Positions 44,870 through 55,006 of a stretch of DNA of 64,000 nucleotides are shown here, in pieces. The stretch is from IMG/VR virus record IMGVR_UViG_3300008116_000004; one strand, 5' to 3'. The position numbers and the translations under genes are program-made. The first letter of the stretch is position 1. Each line of letters starts with the position of its first letter. The DNA comes from a virus. The notes beneath the pieces are model-generated. The model was not told the DNA's origin, did not search any database, and saw only the letters and a list, made by a program, of their open reading frames with translations.

Positions 44870-45149
44870 TTGACATCCTTATTCCCATATCTTTATCTGA
44901 TCTTTTCCATGGTCCAAAAGCTGCAGGATGATTGCCTTCAACTCTAATAAAAGGTTTATTGGTTTCATTTTTATTAGGGTTAGGAATAGTTACCATTGTC
45001 TTTCTTCCTCTTGCCCATTGCTTAAGCTGAGCAGATAACTTATCAGTATATGTACGATCGCGTCTCATAGCTTTAACTGTTTCTCTAGAAACACTTCCAT
45101 ACTTTCCTTTTGAAACGTATGTCTTTCTTTTACTAGCTGCCATAATCAA
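44862..45149 (-). CDS. Hypothetical basic protein
   Basis: YVSKG, W..G....TIPNPN..TNKPFIRV, seen in T4-like phages. Confidence 0.65.
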   Translation of the reverse strand: MIMAASKRKTYVSKGKYGSVSRETVKAMRRDRTYTDKLSAQLKQWARGRKTMVTIPNPNKNETNKPFIRVEGNHPAAFGPWKRSDKDMGIRMSND

Positions 45150-45370
45150 TCATCCTCTGAAACTTCGGTTATTAATTTTTCTATAACACTCATACAAGCA
45201 ATACACTTAAAGTATACCATACTTGCAGAAGGGTTTCTACCGTTTAAAGCAAAGTTTGTGAGAACTAAGGATCTGTTACCTGAACCGCATTTAGGACAGT
45301 TACCAACCACTACAGGTACATTACTACCTGCCTCAGCACAGACCCTTATTTGTTCATCACTTCTTTGCAT
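45146..45370 (-). CDS. Small zinc-ribbon protein
   Basis: CPKC...CIAC. Confidence 0.6.
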   Translation of the reverse strand: MQRSDEQIRVCAEAGSNVPVVVGNCPKCGSGNRSLVLTNFALNGRNPSASMVYFKCIACMSVIEKLITEVSEDD

Positions 45371-45593
45371 TCTTCTTTGTATTCTTTACTTTTGCCTTTG
45401 GAGCAGCTGCTTTTGCTTTTTTAGCTGGTTTTGCTTCAGCCTTGATAGCTTCTGCAATCTTTGTTTCTACTTCCTTAAGTTCTGGTGTAGAAGCAGTTGT
45501 AGTTTTTGCTTCTACCTTTGCGATTGTAGGAGGAGTAACCTGTTCATCATTAGTTAAACCTATACCTAACAATTCTTTAATAAATGTCCACAT
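45357..45593 (-). CDS. Hypothetical protein with Lys/Ala-rich tail
   Basis: Likely start MWTFIKE after AGGAG; KPAKKAKAAAPKAK tail. Confidence 0.6.
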   Translation of the reverse strand: MWTFIKELLGIGLTNDEQVTPPTIAKVEAKTTTASTPELKEVETKIAEAIKAEAKPAKKAKAAAPKAKVKNTKKNAKK

Positions 45594-46134
45594 TTTTAGT
45601 CTCCTGTTCATATCCATATTTACAAATAAAATAACTATCAATTATATCAGAAGAAGGATTCCATTGCTTATCTGTTAATGCTAACTTCTTCTTGATATTA
45701 TATCCAGTGTTTTCTTCAAACACGTCTTGTAGAAGTTGCTTGTTAGCGTTTCCTTTACCAGTAGCATACTTCTTTATCACTGTAGGAGGGACTATAGTAT
45801 AATCATAGCACCTTCTAAACAGAAAGTGTTTAAGTAAACCTGCATTCTCGGCTATATTAAACACCCTACCTGTCGATCCCATTGAGTATCCTTCCATGTA
45901 CACTTTGGCATCTTCAGGAATCTTATTAATTGCCCACTTAGCAATATTAAAATATCTTTGCTCGTCACTGTAATGGTCATCATGTAACTCACCTTGTATA
46001 TTATCAAAATCTATACTTAGTTTTTTATTATCCGTTAAATAATAAAATTTGCACTTTGAGAAACCAAAATTTTTAGAATCACAAACACATACACATGGTG
46101 AAGTTAAACTATAATCAATCCCTACTATTATCAT
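45577..46134 (-). CDS. RuvC-like resolvase
   Basis: GIDYSLTSP, EGYSMGS..AEN.G.LK, KKYATGKGNANK, DIIDS. Confidence 0.8.
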   Translation of the reverse strand: MIIVGIDYSLTSPCVCVCDSKNFGFSKCKFYYLTDNKKLSIDFDNIQGELHDDHYSDEQRYFNIAKWAINKIPEDAKVYMEGYSMGSTGRVFNIAENAGLLKHFLFRRCYDYTIVPPTVIKKYATGKGNANKQLLQDVFEENTGYNIKKKLALTDKQWNPSSDIIDSYFICKYGYEQETKNVDIY

Positions 46135-46358
46135 TCATCATCTTCATAATCATAATTATAATCGTCTTCGTCTTCTACACCCTCATCTTCTATATAGTTA
46201 GCTGCGACCTCATCAAAAATAAGATCAATATCTAATGCCTGTCTAAGATCTTCTTCACTGTAGGAGAGGCTTTCTAACATTCTATCGTACAAAATTCTAC
46301 GGATATCGGTATTCTGTACAGTGCTGGAGATTATATCAACAATTTGCTCCCAATCCAT
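46131..46358 (-). CDS. Hypothetical acidic protein
   Basis: Coupled ORF. Confidence 0.6.
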   Translation of the reverse strand: MDWEQIVDIISSTVQNTDIRRILYDRMLESLSYSEEDLRQALDIDLIFDEVAANYIEDEGVEDEDDYNYDYEDDE

Positions 46359-46518
46359 TTCTCTTATCCTTTAGTTGTTCTATGATCGATTTTTTCTGAT
46401 CATCTGTATATATACGCCATTCTTTTATTTGTTTTTTTGTCCTACCGCAGCCTATACAAAACTCTGCGGTAGGATCTAATTTACATATTTTTATGCAAGG
46501 TGTTAGAATAGTTCGCAT
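46336..46518 (-). CDS. DUF1289-family protein
   Basis: TPCIKIC......CIGCGRT..QI..W; start uncertain. Confidence 0.75.
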   Translation of the reverse strand: MRTILTPCIKICKLDPTAEFCIGCGRTKKQIKEWRIYTDDQKKSIIEQLKDKRNGLGANC

Positions 46519-48716
46519 CCGCCACCCACACAAGCAGCAGATCCAATAGTATCAACATCAATATACTTAACTTCTTTCAATTCATCTTCCCATTTAATAT
46601 CTAGAATAGTCTGTTGGATCTTTTCCCACTTATGGAGTAGATATACATCCTTAAAGCAGTATTCAGCCTTCTTGATATCACCATTAAAGTAATTGGTAGC
46701 AAACTTTTTAAATCTACGAATCCAATCTTTCTTAAGAGTATTCTGATGATTATCTGCAGATAGATCTTCACCCCAGCCGTTTGCAGTCATACATGCAAGC
46801 CAAAGATTGTCAAATGACTTTAATGCTTCAACAATAAGACCAGATGCCATGATTGCCCCTGCACCATATTTTTCAGTAAGCTGGGCTGCATTTAACACCT
46901 GAGTGTTTGGTGCTTGGAAGTAATCCTTATCACCTGTCATTGGTAGAAATGAAATACCAGCAAAATAATCGCGATTTTTATATACATAATCTTCGATCTC
47001 ATCCCAGTTGTCAACAATGACAGTATTAGAAACATTATGACGTATGCCGGGATGAGCGCATCTTTCAATATTTGTTCCAGCATTGACCCAGAACTCCTGT
47101 GCTCTCTTAATCAAATCTAAATGCTTAATACCAATAAGATCATCCTTGAAGATAGAACCTTCTTTAGCAACAACAGGGAAAGAAACTACGTAGTCAGTCT
47201 TACCTGCTGACCATGCAGACTCTTCTACCATGTTAGGATTTATTCTCTTGATAAGCTTTGCAACTTCAGTATCTTTGTTTAACTGAATATTACGGATATA
47301 CATTGGTGCATGATCAGCATGAATACCAGAAGCAGTCATCAATAGGACAGAGGCATTCCCGGAAGGCTTAACACAAGTAGTACGAGCAGCAGGGTTAATC
47401 CCAAGTAATCCAGCCACTTCTCTATTTGTTTCTTTGACAATTTCAGCTCCTTTTTGTAAAATCTTTTCATCAAAAAGTGTCTTTGGGTTATTCATCCAAC
47501 CTGTAACTGATACTCCTAATAGTGCTTCACGATCAAAGATAGCCTTTGATGTAGGTGAGAGGAATTTAAAGTCTGTATAACCTGCTTGTAGCGTACCTAG
47601 GATAGCAGCTGCACGACATGCCTTGTAGAATGTTTCTTCATTATCACATTGACCGCCATTGATCTCAGTTAGGTTACAGCCTTGCCAGCCTGACTTACCC
47701 TCAATCTGAGGATACATTCCGATTTCAACACATGGATTGGTTGTGATATCTTTATCATCAACGAAGAAGAATCCTGGTTCACCAAACTGCTTAATTGATG
47801 TCATAAGAGATGCAAATTGTTCTTTAGTTATTTCGTTGCGAACAATAACAGCACTATTGTTAGAACGACCACGCTGTGGATTATCAATATACCAATTACC
47901 AGTCTTAGCAGATGCCATCTCTTGATCGTCTGCAGAGAAAAGACAGATAGTAGCAGAACGGCGGACCCCGCCAGAGAGAACTGCATCAGCAGCATGCATA
48001 ACAATATCGTAAACATGGATTGGTCTCAGTGTTGTTGATTTTTCGTTAAGAGTGAGTCCGGTTAAAATATATTCAATACGGTCTAGTGAACGACGTAAAG
48101 GTTCTGAACCTGGCGCTTTAAACCCACCAGAGATCTTCGCACCCTTTGGACGAATCATAGAGAGGTCAAATGCTACCTTACGACCTGCATACTCTGGATA
48201 TTTACCACCATTCTCAAAGAATGAAGACATAAGAACGTCTAGTGCAGTTGCCCATCCTTCAATACTATCTTCTACTGTGTGAAGCTTTGGTGCTTTTGTG
48301 CGGTTGACAATCTTAGGTAGTTTACCAACGTGATGTGATTGAACTGAGAAACCAGCACCTGCACCACAAAGAAGAATATAGAATACTTCACCGAAGAACT
48401 CTGGACGATCAGCATATGAAGAAGTACAATTATACATTTTCATCTGATGACGAATGAGCTGTTCACCACCGAACTGCAATGCACGTTGTGCACCAAGAAC
48501 GAGTTTTTGTTTATATGCAGCTGCAGCCTCATCCATAAATGCCATTAACTTAGATGACATTTTATCTGCATAGAAACCAGAATGCATTTTCATAACACGG
48601 TCAACAGCCTCTGACCAAGTTTCGTATCTACCTTCATCTTCTTTAAAACGAGCATACCCCTCGTAGAACTTAGCATCTGAAAGTAATTTTTTAGTATCTT
48701 TATAAGCTGCGACCAT
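46503..48716 (-). CDS. nrdJ: Class II (adenosylcobalamin-dependent) ribonucleotide reductase
   Basis: YNC, G.GAGFS, SGGVRRSA, R..SNNS, TNPCVEI, CNLTE, TCVKPSG, C-terminal ACVGGGC. Confidence 0.9.
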   Translation of the reverse strand: MVAAYKDTKKLLSDAKFYEGYARFKEDEGRYETWSEAVDRVMKMHSGFYADKMSSKLMAFMDEAAAAYKQKLVLGAQRALQFGGEQLIRHQMKMYNCTSSYADRPEFFGEVFYILLCGAGAGFSVQSHHVGKLPKIVNRTKAPKLHTVEDSIEGWATALDVLMSSFFENGGKYPEYAGRKVAFDLSMIRPKGAKISGGFKAPGSEPLRRSLDRIEYILTGLTLNEKSTTLRPIHVYDIVMHAADAVLSGGVRRSATICLFSADDQEMASAKTGNWYIDNPQRGRSNNSAVIVRNEITKEQFASLMTSIKQFGEPGFFFVDDKDITTNPCVEIGMYPQIEGKSGWQGCNLTEINGGQCDNEETFYKACRAAAILGTLQAGYTDFKFLSPTSKAIFDREALLGVSVTGWMNNPKTLFDEKILQKGAEIVKETNREVAGLLGINPAARTTCVKPSGNASVLLMTASGIHADHAPMYIRNIQLNKDTEVAKLIKRINPNMVEESAWSAGKTDYVVSFPVVAKEGSIFKDDLIGIKHLDLIKRAQEFWVNAGTNIERCAHPGIRHNVSNTVIVDNWDEIEDYVYKNRDYFAGISFLPMTGDKDYFQAPNTQVLNAAQLTEKYGAGAIMASGLIVEALKSFDNLWLACMTANGWGEDLSADNHQNTLKKDWIRRFKKFATNYFNGDIKKAEYCFKDVYLLHKWEKIQQTILDIKWEDELKEVKYIDVDTIGSAACVGGGCELF

Positions 48717-48717
48717 T

Positions 48718-48882
48718 TTAGACCTCTTTTTGTTCTTCTTTTTTCTTTAAAATAACTCTACCTTCTTCAATAATCCATTCAAGCTTAGTCTCAAGATTCC
48801 AACCAAGCTCGTTAATTAATTCTTCTGGTAATTCTATATACAATTCGTTATCAATATCTTGTTTGATTTCTCTAATATACAT
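48718..48882 (-). CDS. AbrB/MazE-like small DNA-binding protein (54 aa)
   Basis: Not in track; MYIREIKQDIDNELYIELPEELINELGWNLETKLEWIIEEGRVILKK. Confidence 0.65.
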   Translation of the reverse strand: MYIREIKQDIDNELYIELPEELINELGWNLETKLEWIIEEGRVILKKKEEQKEV

Positions 48883-48884
48883 GA

Positions 48885-49469
48885 TTAAGCTCTTTTGTAA
48901 AAAGCTGTATTAAATGCAATTGAGATTCTATCTTCACCTGATAGATTTTGTGTTACTTCATGTTCAATCCAGCTAGGAAATATTACAAGCTGACCTACCT
49001 GTGGTGATATATTCCATTTAGAGCAATTTTGCTCATTATACGATTTTAATACATCTCTAGGTGTAAACAAGGGTTGTAGATTAGATGGATGCTTAAGTAC
49101 TAAATCACCTGAATATTCCGGTACCTTGATATAATACACACCTGACATGTAAGAATCTGGGTGAATATGTGGTGCATTATAACTATATTGATGATTAATA
49201 TTAACCCACATACTTTCTATTTTAAGATCTAGTTCATCTTTATAGTTTATATTAATTCGTAAAGCATCTAATCTCGAATTAATTTCCTCAACCAAGAGTT
49301 GCACTTCTGGCATTTCATCTATAAAATCACTTTGCCATCCACCTCTATTAGTATATTTTCTGCCATCGGTTGTTCTTTGCAATTCTTGTGCAAATATTTC
49401 TAAACCAGTATTATCAATTTCTAATGTATCTACACACAGCAGACTAGAAAATATATTATGAAGATACAT
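48885..49469 (-). CDS. 2OG-Fe(II) oxygenase (TIGR02466-like)
   Basis: GGWQS, WVNIN..N.PHIH..SGVYY, IFPSWIEH.V, RISIAFN. Confidence 0.88.
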   Translation of the reverse strand: MYLHNIFSSLLCVDTLEIDNTGLEIFAQELQRTTDGRKYTNRGGWQSDFIDEMPEVQLLVEEINSRLDALRININYKDELDLKIESMWVNINHQYSYNAPHIHPDSYMSGVYYIKVPEYSGDLVLKHPSNLQPLFTPRDVLKSYNEQNCSKWNISPQVGQLVIFPSWIEHEVTQNLSGEDRISIAFNTAFYKRA

Positions 49470-50515
49470 TAGACTTTACTCCACTGTTGTAGTCTCATCT
49501 TTGCAGCAAGACCTGAAAACGTATTAGAATCAATAATAGATTGAATAGCAGGACCAGATAGACCCTGCTTTAAAACCATATCATTTATATCTTTGTATTC
49601 AATAAATTCTGGCCAGATACAGACATTATAGCCTTGATCCACGGCTTTTGAAATCTTCTTAACAATTTCTTTGTTTCGTGGTTCATTATCATATACTACT
49701 ACTATTTTATCTCTATCTGTTATATTATTCAAGTTAATATCAGAGCCTGCCATTGCAATACAATTATCTAAGAAAAGACTATCAATTGGACCTTCAACTA
49801 CGTAGACCTTTTTAGTCTTATCGATAGAATCTAGTCCAAATACCTTTTCTTTTGTCTCGTCTAAGATAATTGTAGAATAACGCATGTTCGTGGTCTTACT
49901 AAGCGATCTACCAGTAAAACCGAAAACATAACCCTTTGAATCAATGAATGGGAAAACTATACGTGGCTCATCAAGTGCTAATGCTTTTTCGCTAAACTTG
50001 CCTGGCAGTATCGAGTTTACCCAGTAGTAGTATGTAGGCGAGTAGTAAATTCGATAATGAGTATTCGGAGGAATTTTTCTCTCTTGTACATAGATTTTTG
50101 CTGGGTGATTAGGTTTTAACTGTGAAATCTTAGATAATTCTTTAAAAGGATCAAAAGAATCTATACGCCTGCTAGAGAATTTCTCGATAGCAGGTACGAA
50201 AAAATTATCTATGTTGTTATTTGCACCACCCGTCTCTTTTAAAACTTCCAACCGGTATTCGGTATGTAAGGTGGTATTCTGAGATTTCATAAAGTTATTT
50301 AAAGTGGTACTAGCACCACAGTTAAAACACTTGAAGTTAATATGACCTTTATGTTCATAGAAATGTCCACGTGTTTTAAAACGATTAGTGGCAGAATCAC
50401 CACATAACGGACATCTAAACTGTGCAATATAAGGTTTAGTTTTCTTTACTTTAAACTGCTGTAATTGCGTTCCAAGTAACGAAGCGTATTTCTGATCAAT
50501 CCACAATATACTCAT
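49469..50515 (-). CDS. gp61: DNA primase gp61
   Basis: FRCPLCGDS..KCFNC zinc finger, VEGPIDSLF, DNEPRN, KDINDM. Confidence 0.95.
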   Translation of the reverse strand: MSILWIDQKYASLLGTQLQQFKVKKTKPYIAQFRCPLCGDSATNRFKTRGHFYEHKGHINFKCFNCGASTTLNNFMKSQNTTLHTEYRLEVLKETGGANNNIDNFFVPAIEKFSSRRIDSFDPFKELSKISQLKPNHPAKIYVQERKIPPNTHYRIYYSPTYYYWVNSILPGKFSEKALALDEPRIVFPFIDSKGYVFGFTGRSLSKTTNMRYSTIILDETKEKVFGLDSIDKTKKVYVVEGPIDSLFLDNCIAMAGSDINLNNITDRDKIVVVYDNEPRNKEIVKKISKAVDQGYNVCIWPEFIEYKDINDMVLKQGLSGPAIQSIIDSNTFSGLAAKMRLQQWSKV

Positions 50516-50544
50516 TATTACTATTCCTTTGATGGGACAGTAGT

Positions 50545-50574
50545 ATTATAGAGTAACTATAGAGAAATGCAACT
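50545..50574 (-). promoter_or_regulatory. Early/middle promoter for primase operon
   Basis: AG-TTGCAT-N16-TATAAT. Confidence 0.6.
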
Positions 50575-50575
50575 G

Positions 50576-50854
50576 TTATTTTTGTTCGTTGACAGTTTTT
50601 TCTGCATCATCGTAAAACTGCTTAACTGCATCAAGTTTTTGTTTGCAGGTTACATTATTCTTTTGCAGTTTTAGGATAAGAGCTCCAACTTGTTTATTAG
50701 TCAAAGTATCAGCTTTAGGAAACTTAGTTTCTACCGGGCATGTATACATATCATCTGGTGCTTTAACAATTTTATATTCTGGTGCTAGTAATTGTACAGC
50801 TGTCTGTGAACATCCGGTTAATAATAATGGAAATAATAAAATTAATCTTTTCAT
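50576..50854 (-). CDS. o-spanin-like lipoprotein
   Basis: Lipobox LLTGC, Pro/Cys content, overlaps end of i-spanin-like gene. Confidence 0.7.
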   Translation of the reverse strand: MKRLILLFPLLLTGCSQTAVQLLAPEYKIVKAPDDMYTCPVETKFPKADTLTNKQVGALILKLQKNNVTCKQKLDAVKQFYDDAEKTVNEQK

Positions 50855-51255
50855 TTCTTTTTCTCACCATAAGCTGCATCTAGCTGTTTTACAATACTCT
50901 TAAGGTATGGAACTGCATCATCTGATACTGGTGCAGTTGTAGGAGTCTTTGGTTTTGACTCTTCATCTGCTTTCTTTTCAATTTCATCTAGTTGTTTCTT
51001 TGCATCAGCTTCTTGCTGTGCAATAATTTCTCTTATACGATCAGCATTAGTTTTGATAGTTTCTGTCTTTTCCTTGAACTCTTCTTCTTTTTTGTTGAAG
51101 AGTTCTTGCTGCATCATATTAAACTTCTCGGTAGCCTCATTCCATAAATTATGATCATGAATTGCTAACCAGGTAAAGAAAGAGCTGGATAGTAAAACTA
51201 CTATACCAATTATCTGCCCTATTCTATTACCCATAAAGAAACTTAAGAATGCCAT
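50851..51255 (-). CDS. i-spanin-like protein
   Basis: N-terminal TM followed by coiled coil; adjacent to a lipoprotein. Confidence 0.7.
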   Translation of the reverse strand: MAFLSFFMGNRIGQIIGIVVLLSSSFFTWLAIHDHNLWNEATEKFNMMQQELFNKKEEEFKEKTETIKTNADRIREIIAQQEADAKKQLDEIEKKADEESKPKTPTTAPVSDDAVPYLKSIVKQLDAAYGEKKK

Positions 51256-52016
51256 TATTTTTCCTTAGATATTTTCTCGATATAATTTGCATATTCTGTT
51301 ATACTATGATCAGCAAAGTTATCAATCTTACCTTTTTTAAGACCATCTCTCATTCCTCTAAAACGATCTTTTATTCTTTGCCATCCAGTAGGATTTCTTA
51401 ACTTACCATATGCATTAAGATAATGTTCAGTACCGTGGTGCTTGTAACCCATAATGGTAAATGGCACTCTTGTAACGATATCGTTATTATTAACCCATCT
51501 ATGATGTTTTACACCCAATGAGTTAGCATATTTTGGCCAACCAACTCTTGGTGAACCATATGTGTAGAGTTCTTCCGGGTCTGCTAATGACTTATCAAAT
51601 AGACATCTGCTCGCCATAATAGTTGCCATTGCAGCACCTAGTGAATGACCACAGAACCAAAGTGTAGTGGATGAATCAAGACTTTGAATATCTTCTTTTA
51701 CCAGTGGCCAAAGATCATCAACTTCCTTCTTAAATCCTTTATGAACTCTTGAAACTGTTTCTGATATTACAGGCCATGCACGAAGATCTGCTTTAATATC
51801 GTTCCATTGAGTAGGTTGTGTACCACGGCAGGATATTACACAATCTGTTTTGTTTTGAAATCTATAACTTTGTGCACCATCTACATCATAATATTCTACT
51901 TGATCGAATCCAAGCTTCTTAGCTTCTTTAGTAACCTTCTTTTGATCTAAGTAAGATATTTCGGAAAGACGTGCAAACAATAAACTACGTTGAATAAAGT
52001 CTAGATCTTTTATCAT
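51255..52016 (-). CDS. Lipase class 3 (alpha/beta hydrolase)
   Basis: RGT, VHKGF, GHSLGAA, YTYGSPRVG, NNNDIV, DH. Confidence 0.9.
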   Translation of the reverse strand: MIKDLDFIQRSLLFARLSEISYLDQKKVTKEAKKLGFDQVEYYDVDGAQSYRFQNKTDCVISCRGTQPTQWNDIKADLRAWPVISETVSRVHKGFKKEVDDLWPLVKEDIQSLDSSTTLWFCGHSLGAAMATIMASRCLFDKSLADPEELYTYGSPRVGWPKYANSLGVKHHRWVNNNDIVTRVPFTIMGYKHHGTEHYLNAYGKLRNPTGWQRIKDRFRGMRDGLKKGKIDNFADHSITEYANYIEKISKEK

Positions 52017-52022
52017 AGTGTA

Positions 52023-52520
52023 TTACCTACGTAATATTGGCGCCAATATAATATTTCTTCTTTTATACTTTCTAGCCGCTTTTACAGGAACACCTAGTGT
52101 GTCTGGTGTAAGCCCAGCAATACCTGCTACTGTATTGACTGGAGCATGATCTTCTGCAAGTTCTGCTAATCTTAATTCTTCCATAGTAGTCTTAAGTTGA
52201 TCTTCTAAACCAAACATACCATTAATAAATGTTTCTTCATTCATTTTCTTAATAGGAGCAGTTCTGAGAAGTAACAAAGCTGCTGCCATAGTAGCTATTC
52301 TTGTACTACCACCTGGGACTTTAGCAATAAGTTTTTTTAAATTAATTACCATAGTATCAAAAAATCCCAATGCTTTCTTATCATCAGGAGAAAAATACTT
52401 TCTATCTCTTAGAAAATTACCCTTGTCATCAATAAGACCTCTGTCATATGCTGGCATCTTATCAAAAGGTGTAATAAGTTTTTTAATGAATTGATATACT
52501 AAAAATGTATCAACTACCAT
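52023..52520 (-). CDS. Conserved T4-like hypothetical protein
   Basis: Y.FIKKL.TPF....A...GLID..G. Confidence 0.7.
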   Translation of the reverse strand: MVVDTFLVYQFIKKLITPFDKMPAYDRGLIDDKGNFLRDRKYFSPDDKKALGFFDTMVINLKKLIAKVPGGSTRIATMAAALLLLRTAPIKKMNEETFINGMFGLEDQLKTTMEELRLAELAEDHAPVNTVAGIAGLTPDTLGVPVKAARKYKRRNIILAPILRR

Positions 52521-52912
52521 CAGATTTTCCTTAGTTCGTTTAGTATTCTTTCATCTACTACAATATCTTTAGTATTTATTGTTCTATTTTCAACACCAAT
52601 ATTCTGTATAGTTTCTGGTAAAAGGTTTAGAAAAACTAGAAAGGATTTAAGTTGAGATTCCATTCCTTTACACTTTAAAAAGAGCATTTTTACTGTGGCT
52701 TGTGGACCAAAAACGTTGCATAATATAGTAATATGGTTTAAAATAAGACGTTCTTTCAAATCACCTTCTTCAACGTATCTATTAAGAAGTCTCTTAATAT
52801 ACTTAATTCTCTTTAGATCATCATAGAATTCTACAGTATCATAGCACTGTGGATTATCGTAGTGTCTAGCAGCAAATAATAAAAAATTAAATTCGTCAAG
52901 TTTATCAATCAT
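52520..52912 (-). CDS. Conserved T4-like hypothetical protein
   Basis: NFLLFA..HYDNPQC..EF..DLKR.KYIKRL..ERLILNH. Confidence 0.75.
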   Translation of the reverse strand: MIDKLDEFNFLLFAARHYDNPQCYDTVEFYDDLKRIKYIKRLLNRYVEEGDLKERLILNHITILCNVFGPQATVKMLFLKCKGMESQLKSFLVFLNLLPETIQNIGVENRTINTKDIVVDERILNELRKI

Positions 52913-52915
52913 ATA

Positions 52916-54067
52916 TTAGAAATCGCTTAATGCTACTTTTTTCCAACTATTAGTTCCAACACATATGTAAATATTATTACTATCCCAGCTGGCTTGACCT
53001 GCAATACCTACAGAGTTATTAGCTTTAGTAGCTAAGGGTAGTATAAACGATATAGAAGTATTAACAGATACAGCAGTAGAATTAATTACCATTTTAGAAT
53101 CTACATTGGTAGTACCACCAGCATGTAATATTAATGAAGTACCTGTATTTGCAGTACCGATAGTTAGATCACCACCTTTATTATAAACATAAGAATCATT
53201 AGGACCACCTATGCTATAACTGGAATTACTATAATTACTACTATTAATACCTATATCAATATAAGGACCTGCATCACCATCTATATCACCTATATCATTA
53301 TACATAACTACATCTGTAGATGCATTATTACTTGCACTAGCATTTTTAACTGCTACTTGCGCGTAAGTGTCAACTGATGTATAAAATATAGGTACAGCTC
53401 TTTGTGTGTTAATATGACGCCATACTGACCCATCAAAAATCCACTCATCGCCAGCACCCTTTCCAATTAAATCATATGTAGAAACAAAAGTGCCTGTTAC
53501 TGGGTTTTCAATATAATTGCTACCGTATGCGTTACCGGAAAAAGTAGTAACTTTTACTTTATATTGACCACCATCATTAATATTTTTTATAAAATAACTT
53601 TTACCGGAGATTGCAGCAGGTGAAGATGCACTATCTGGTAAAATTATTCTTATATCTTGACTTATATTATTAGGGTCAGCAAATACAATATAATCATGTT
53701 TTTCTGCAAGATAAGTGTTAGAGGAATTAACAAGAGTATAGTCTTGCACACCAGAAAAAGCTGACCATATTGCACTATTGACTTGATCATCCCAACTTAA
53801 CAAGTAACCTTCATTTGTGTTTGAAGAAGGTAAAATAGAAAGTGTGTTTGCAGATAAAACACCGTTAGAGATAGTTAATCCATCACCAACTTTTATAGTA
53901 CCTCTAACTGTACTGTTAGCGTAATTTAAACTATTAGTTACACTGGTAGCAAAATTAGTAAGTGTAACTTTATTAGTAGAGGGTGACCCACCTGGATCAT
54001 GAACTACCATTAGTAGGTCTGTATTAGCAACGCTTGTTATAGCGTTTAGTTCTGAAATCTTAGGCAT
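52916..54067 (-). CDS. Virion structural/fibre protein
   Basis: KISEL N-terminus, G.IKVG.GL.I..G.LS repeat, C-terminal G...WD...IY.C...N.W.K. Confidence 0.6.
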   Translation of the reverse strand: MPKISELNAITSVANTDLLMVVHDPGGSPSTNKVTLTNFATSVTNSLNYANSTVRGTIKVGDGLTISNGVLSANTLSILPSSNTNEGYLLSWDDQVNSAIWSAFSGVQDYTLVNSSNTYLAEKHDYIVFADPNNISQDIRIILPDSASSPAAISGKSYFIKNINDGGQYKVKVTTFSGNAYGSNYIENPVTGTFVSTYDLIGKGAGDEWIFDGSVWRHINTQRAVPIFYTSVDTYAQVAVKNASASNNASTDVVMYNDIGDIDGDAGPYIDIGINSSNYSNSSYSIGGPNDSYVYNKGGDLTIGTANTGTSLILHAGGTTNVDSKMVINSTAVSVNTSISFILPLATKANNSVGIAGQASWDSNNIYICVGTNSWKKVALSDF

Positions 54068-54089
54068 TAGTCACCCTCTATATTAGTTA

Positions 54090-54932
54090 TCAAGAATCAG
54101 GAAGTACTGAATCTTCGCCGTCACCAGACATTGAGCCCATTGCAACTAGTGTTTCATACTGAACACGTCCAGCACGGTTACCAGAACCTACTGTACGTAC
54201 TACCCAACCAGCGTGTGCAATACCCTTATTGCTACCACCACCAACAACGGCTGCACCTGTTGCTGTATCACCTTGTAGAGTGTGACCAGTTTCTGTTAGA
54301 CCCTTTGTAAGCGTGATTCTTGAACCACCTGAAGTAGTAGCAAGTGCTACAACAGTTGAATTTGCAAACTGAATGTAGTACTTAGTACCTGATGTAAGAC
54401 CACCAACTGCTGTATTACCAGTTGCTACTGTATAAGTTACAGGATCACCTGCAACAAATGCACCAGCAGATCCTAATGCAATAGTACTATTTGCACCACC
54501 ACCTGTACCTCCAGTTACTGCAGAGTTAGCATTAAAAGTGTTTGCAGTAGGAGCAGCAAAAGTAATAGAAGGATTAGTTTCATAAGATGAACCAGCATTG
54601 CTGATATTTGATCCACCAATCTTACCAGTATTGTTTGCTGTACCAGTAGCTGCAGCACTTGAACCGCCACCACCTGTGAAAGTAACAGTAGAGTTAGAAG
54701 TATAACCAGAACCTGCATTAGTTACAATAATCTGAATAACACCACCAGAACCAACACCAATTTCTGTAGTATCAACACCAAATTGACCTACTGTTAATCC
54801 GCTAACAATAGCATCGGCTGTTACGTTACCAAATAGAGCAGTTCTATTTGAAGAATTAGGTGCAAGATTAAATCCTGTACCTGCCCACAGCACTGAATTT
54901 GCTGCTGAGTCGTCGTTTTTCCATTGTGACAT
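54090..54932 (-). CDS. Virion structural protein
   Basis: G/T/S-rich; GSGYT repeats; AHAGWV..GRVQYETLVAM; CATAAATA and AAGGAG upstream. Confidence 0.65.
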   Translation of the reverse strand: MSQWKNDDSAANSVLWAGTGFNLAPNSSNRTALFGNVTADAIVSGLTVGQFGVDTTEIGVGSGGVIQIIVTNAGSGYTSNSTVTFTGGGGSSAAATGTANNTGKIGGSNISNAGSSYETNPSITFAAPTANTFNANSAVTGGTGGGANSTIALGSAGAFVAGDPVTYTVATGNTAVGGLTSGTKYYIQFANSTVVALATTSGGSRITLTKGLTETGHTLQGDTATGAAVVGGGSNKGIAHAGWVVRTVGSGNRAGRVQYETLVAMGSMSGDGEDSVLPDS

Positions 54933-55006
54933 TTGATTTTCTCCTTTGAGTAGAATTACAGACTTCTACCCAGTATTTATGGATTCTATAGTATCTAATG
55001 TACTAA

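Noticed and set aside
46503-50515. Introns or inteins in nrdJ or primase
   Set aside because: Both are continuous and of ordinary length, with no splice or homing-endonuclease motifs seen.
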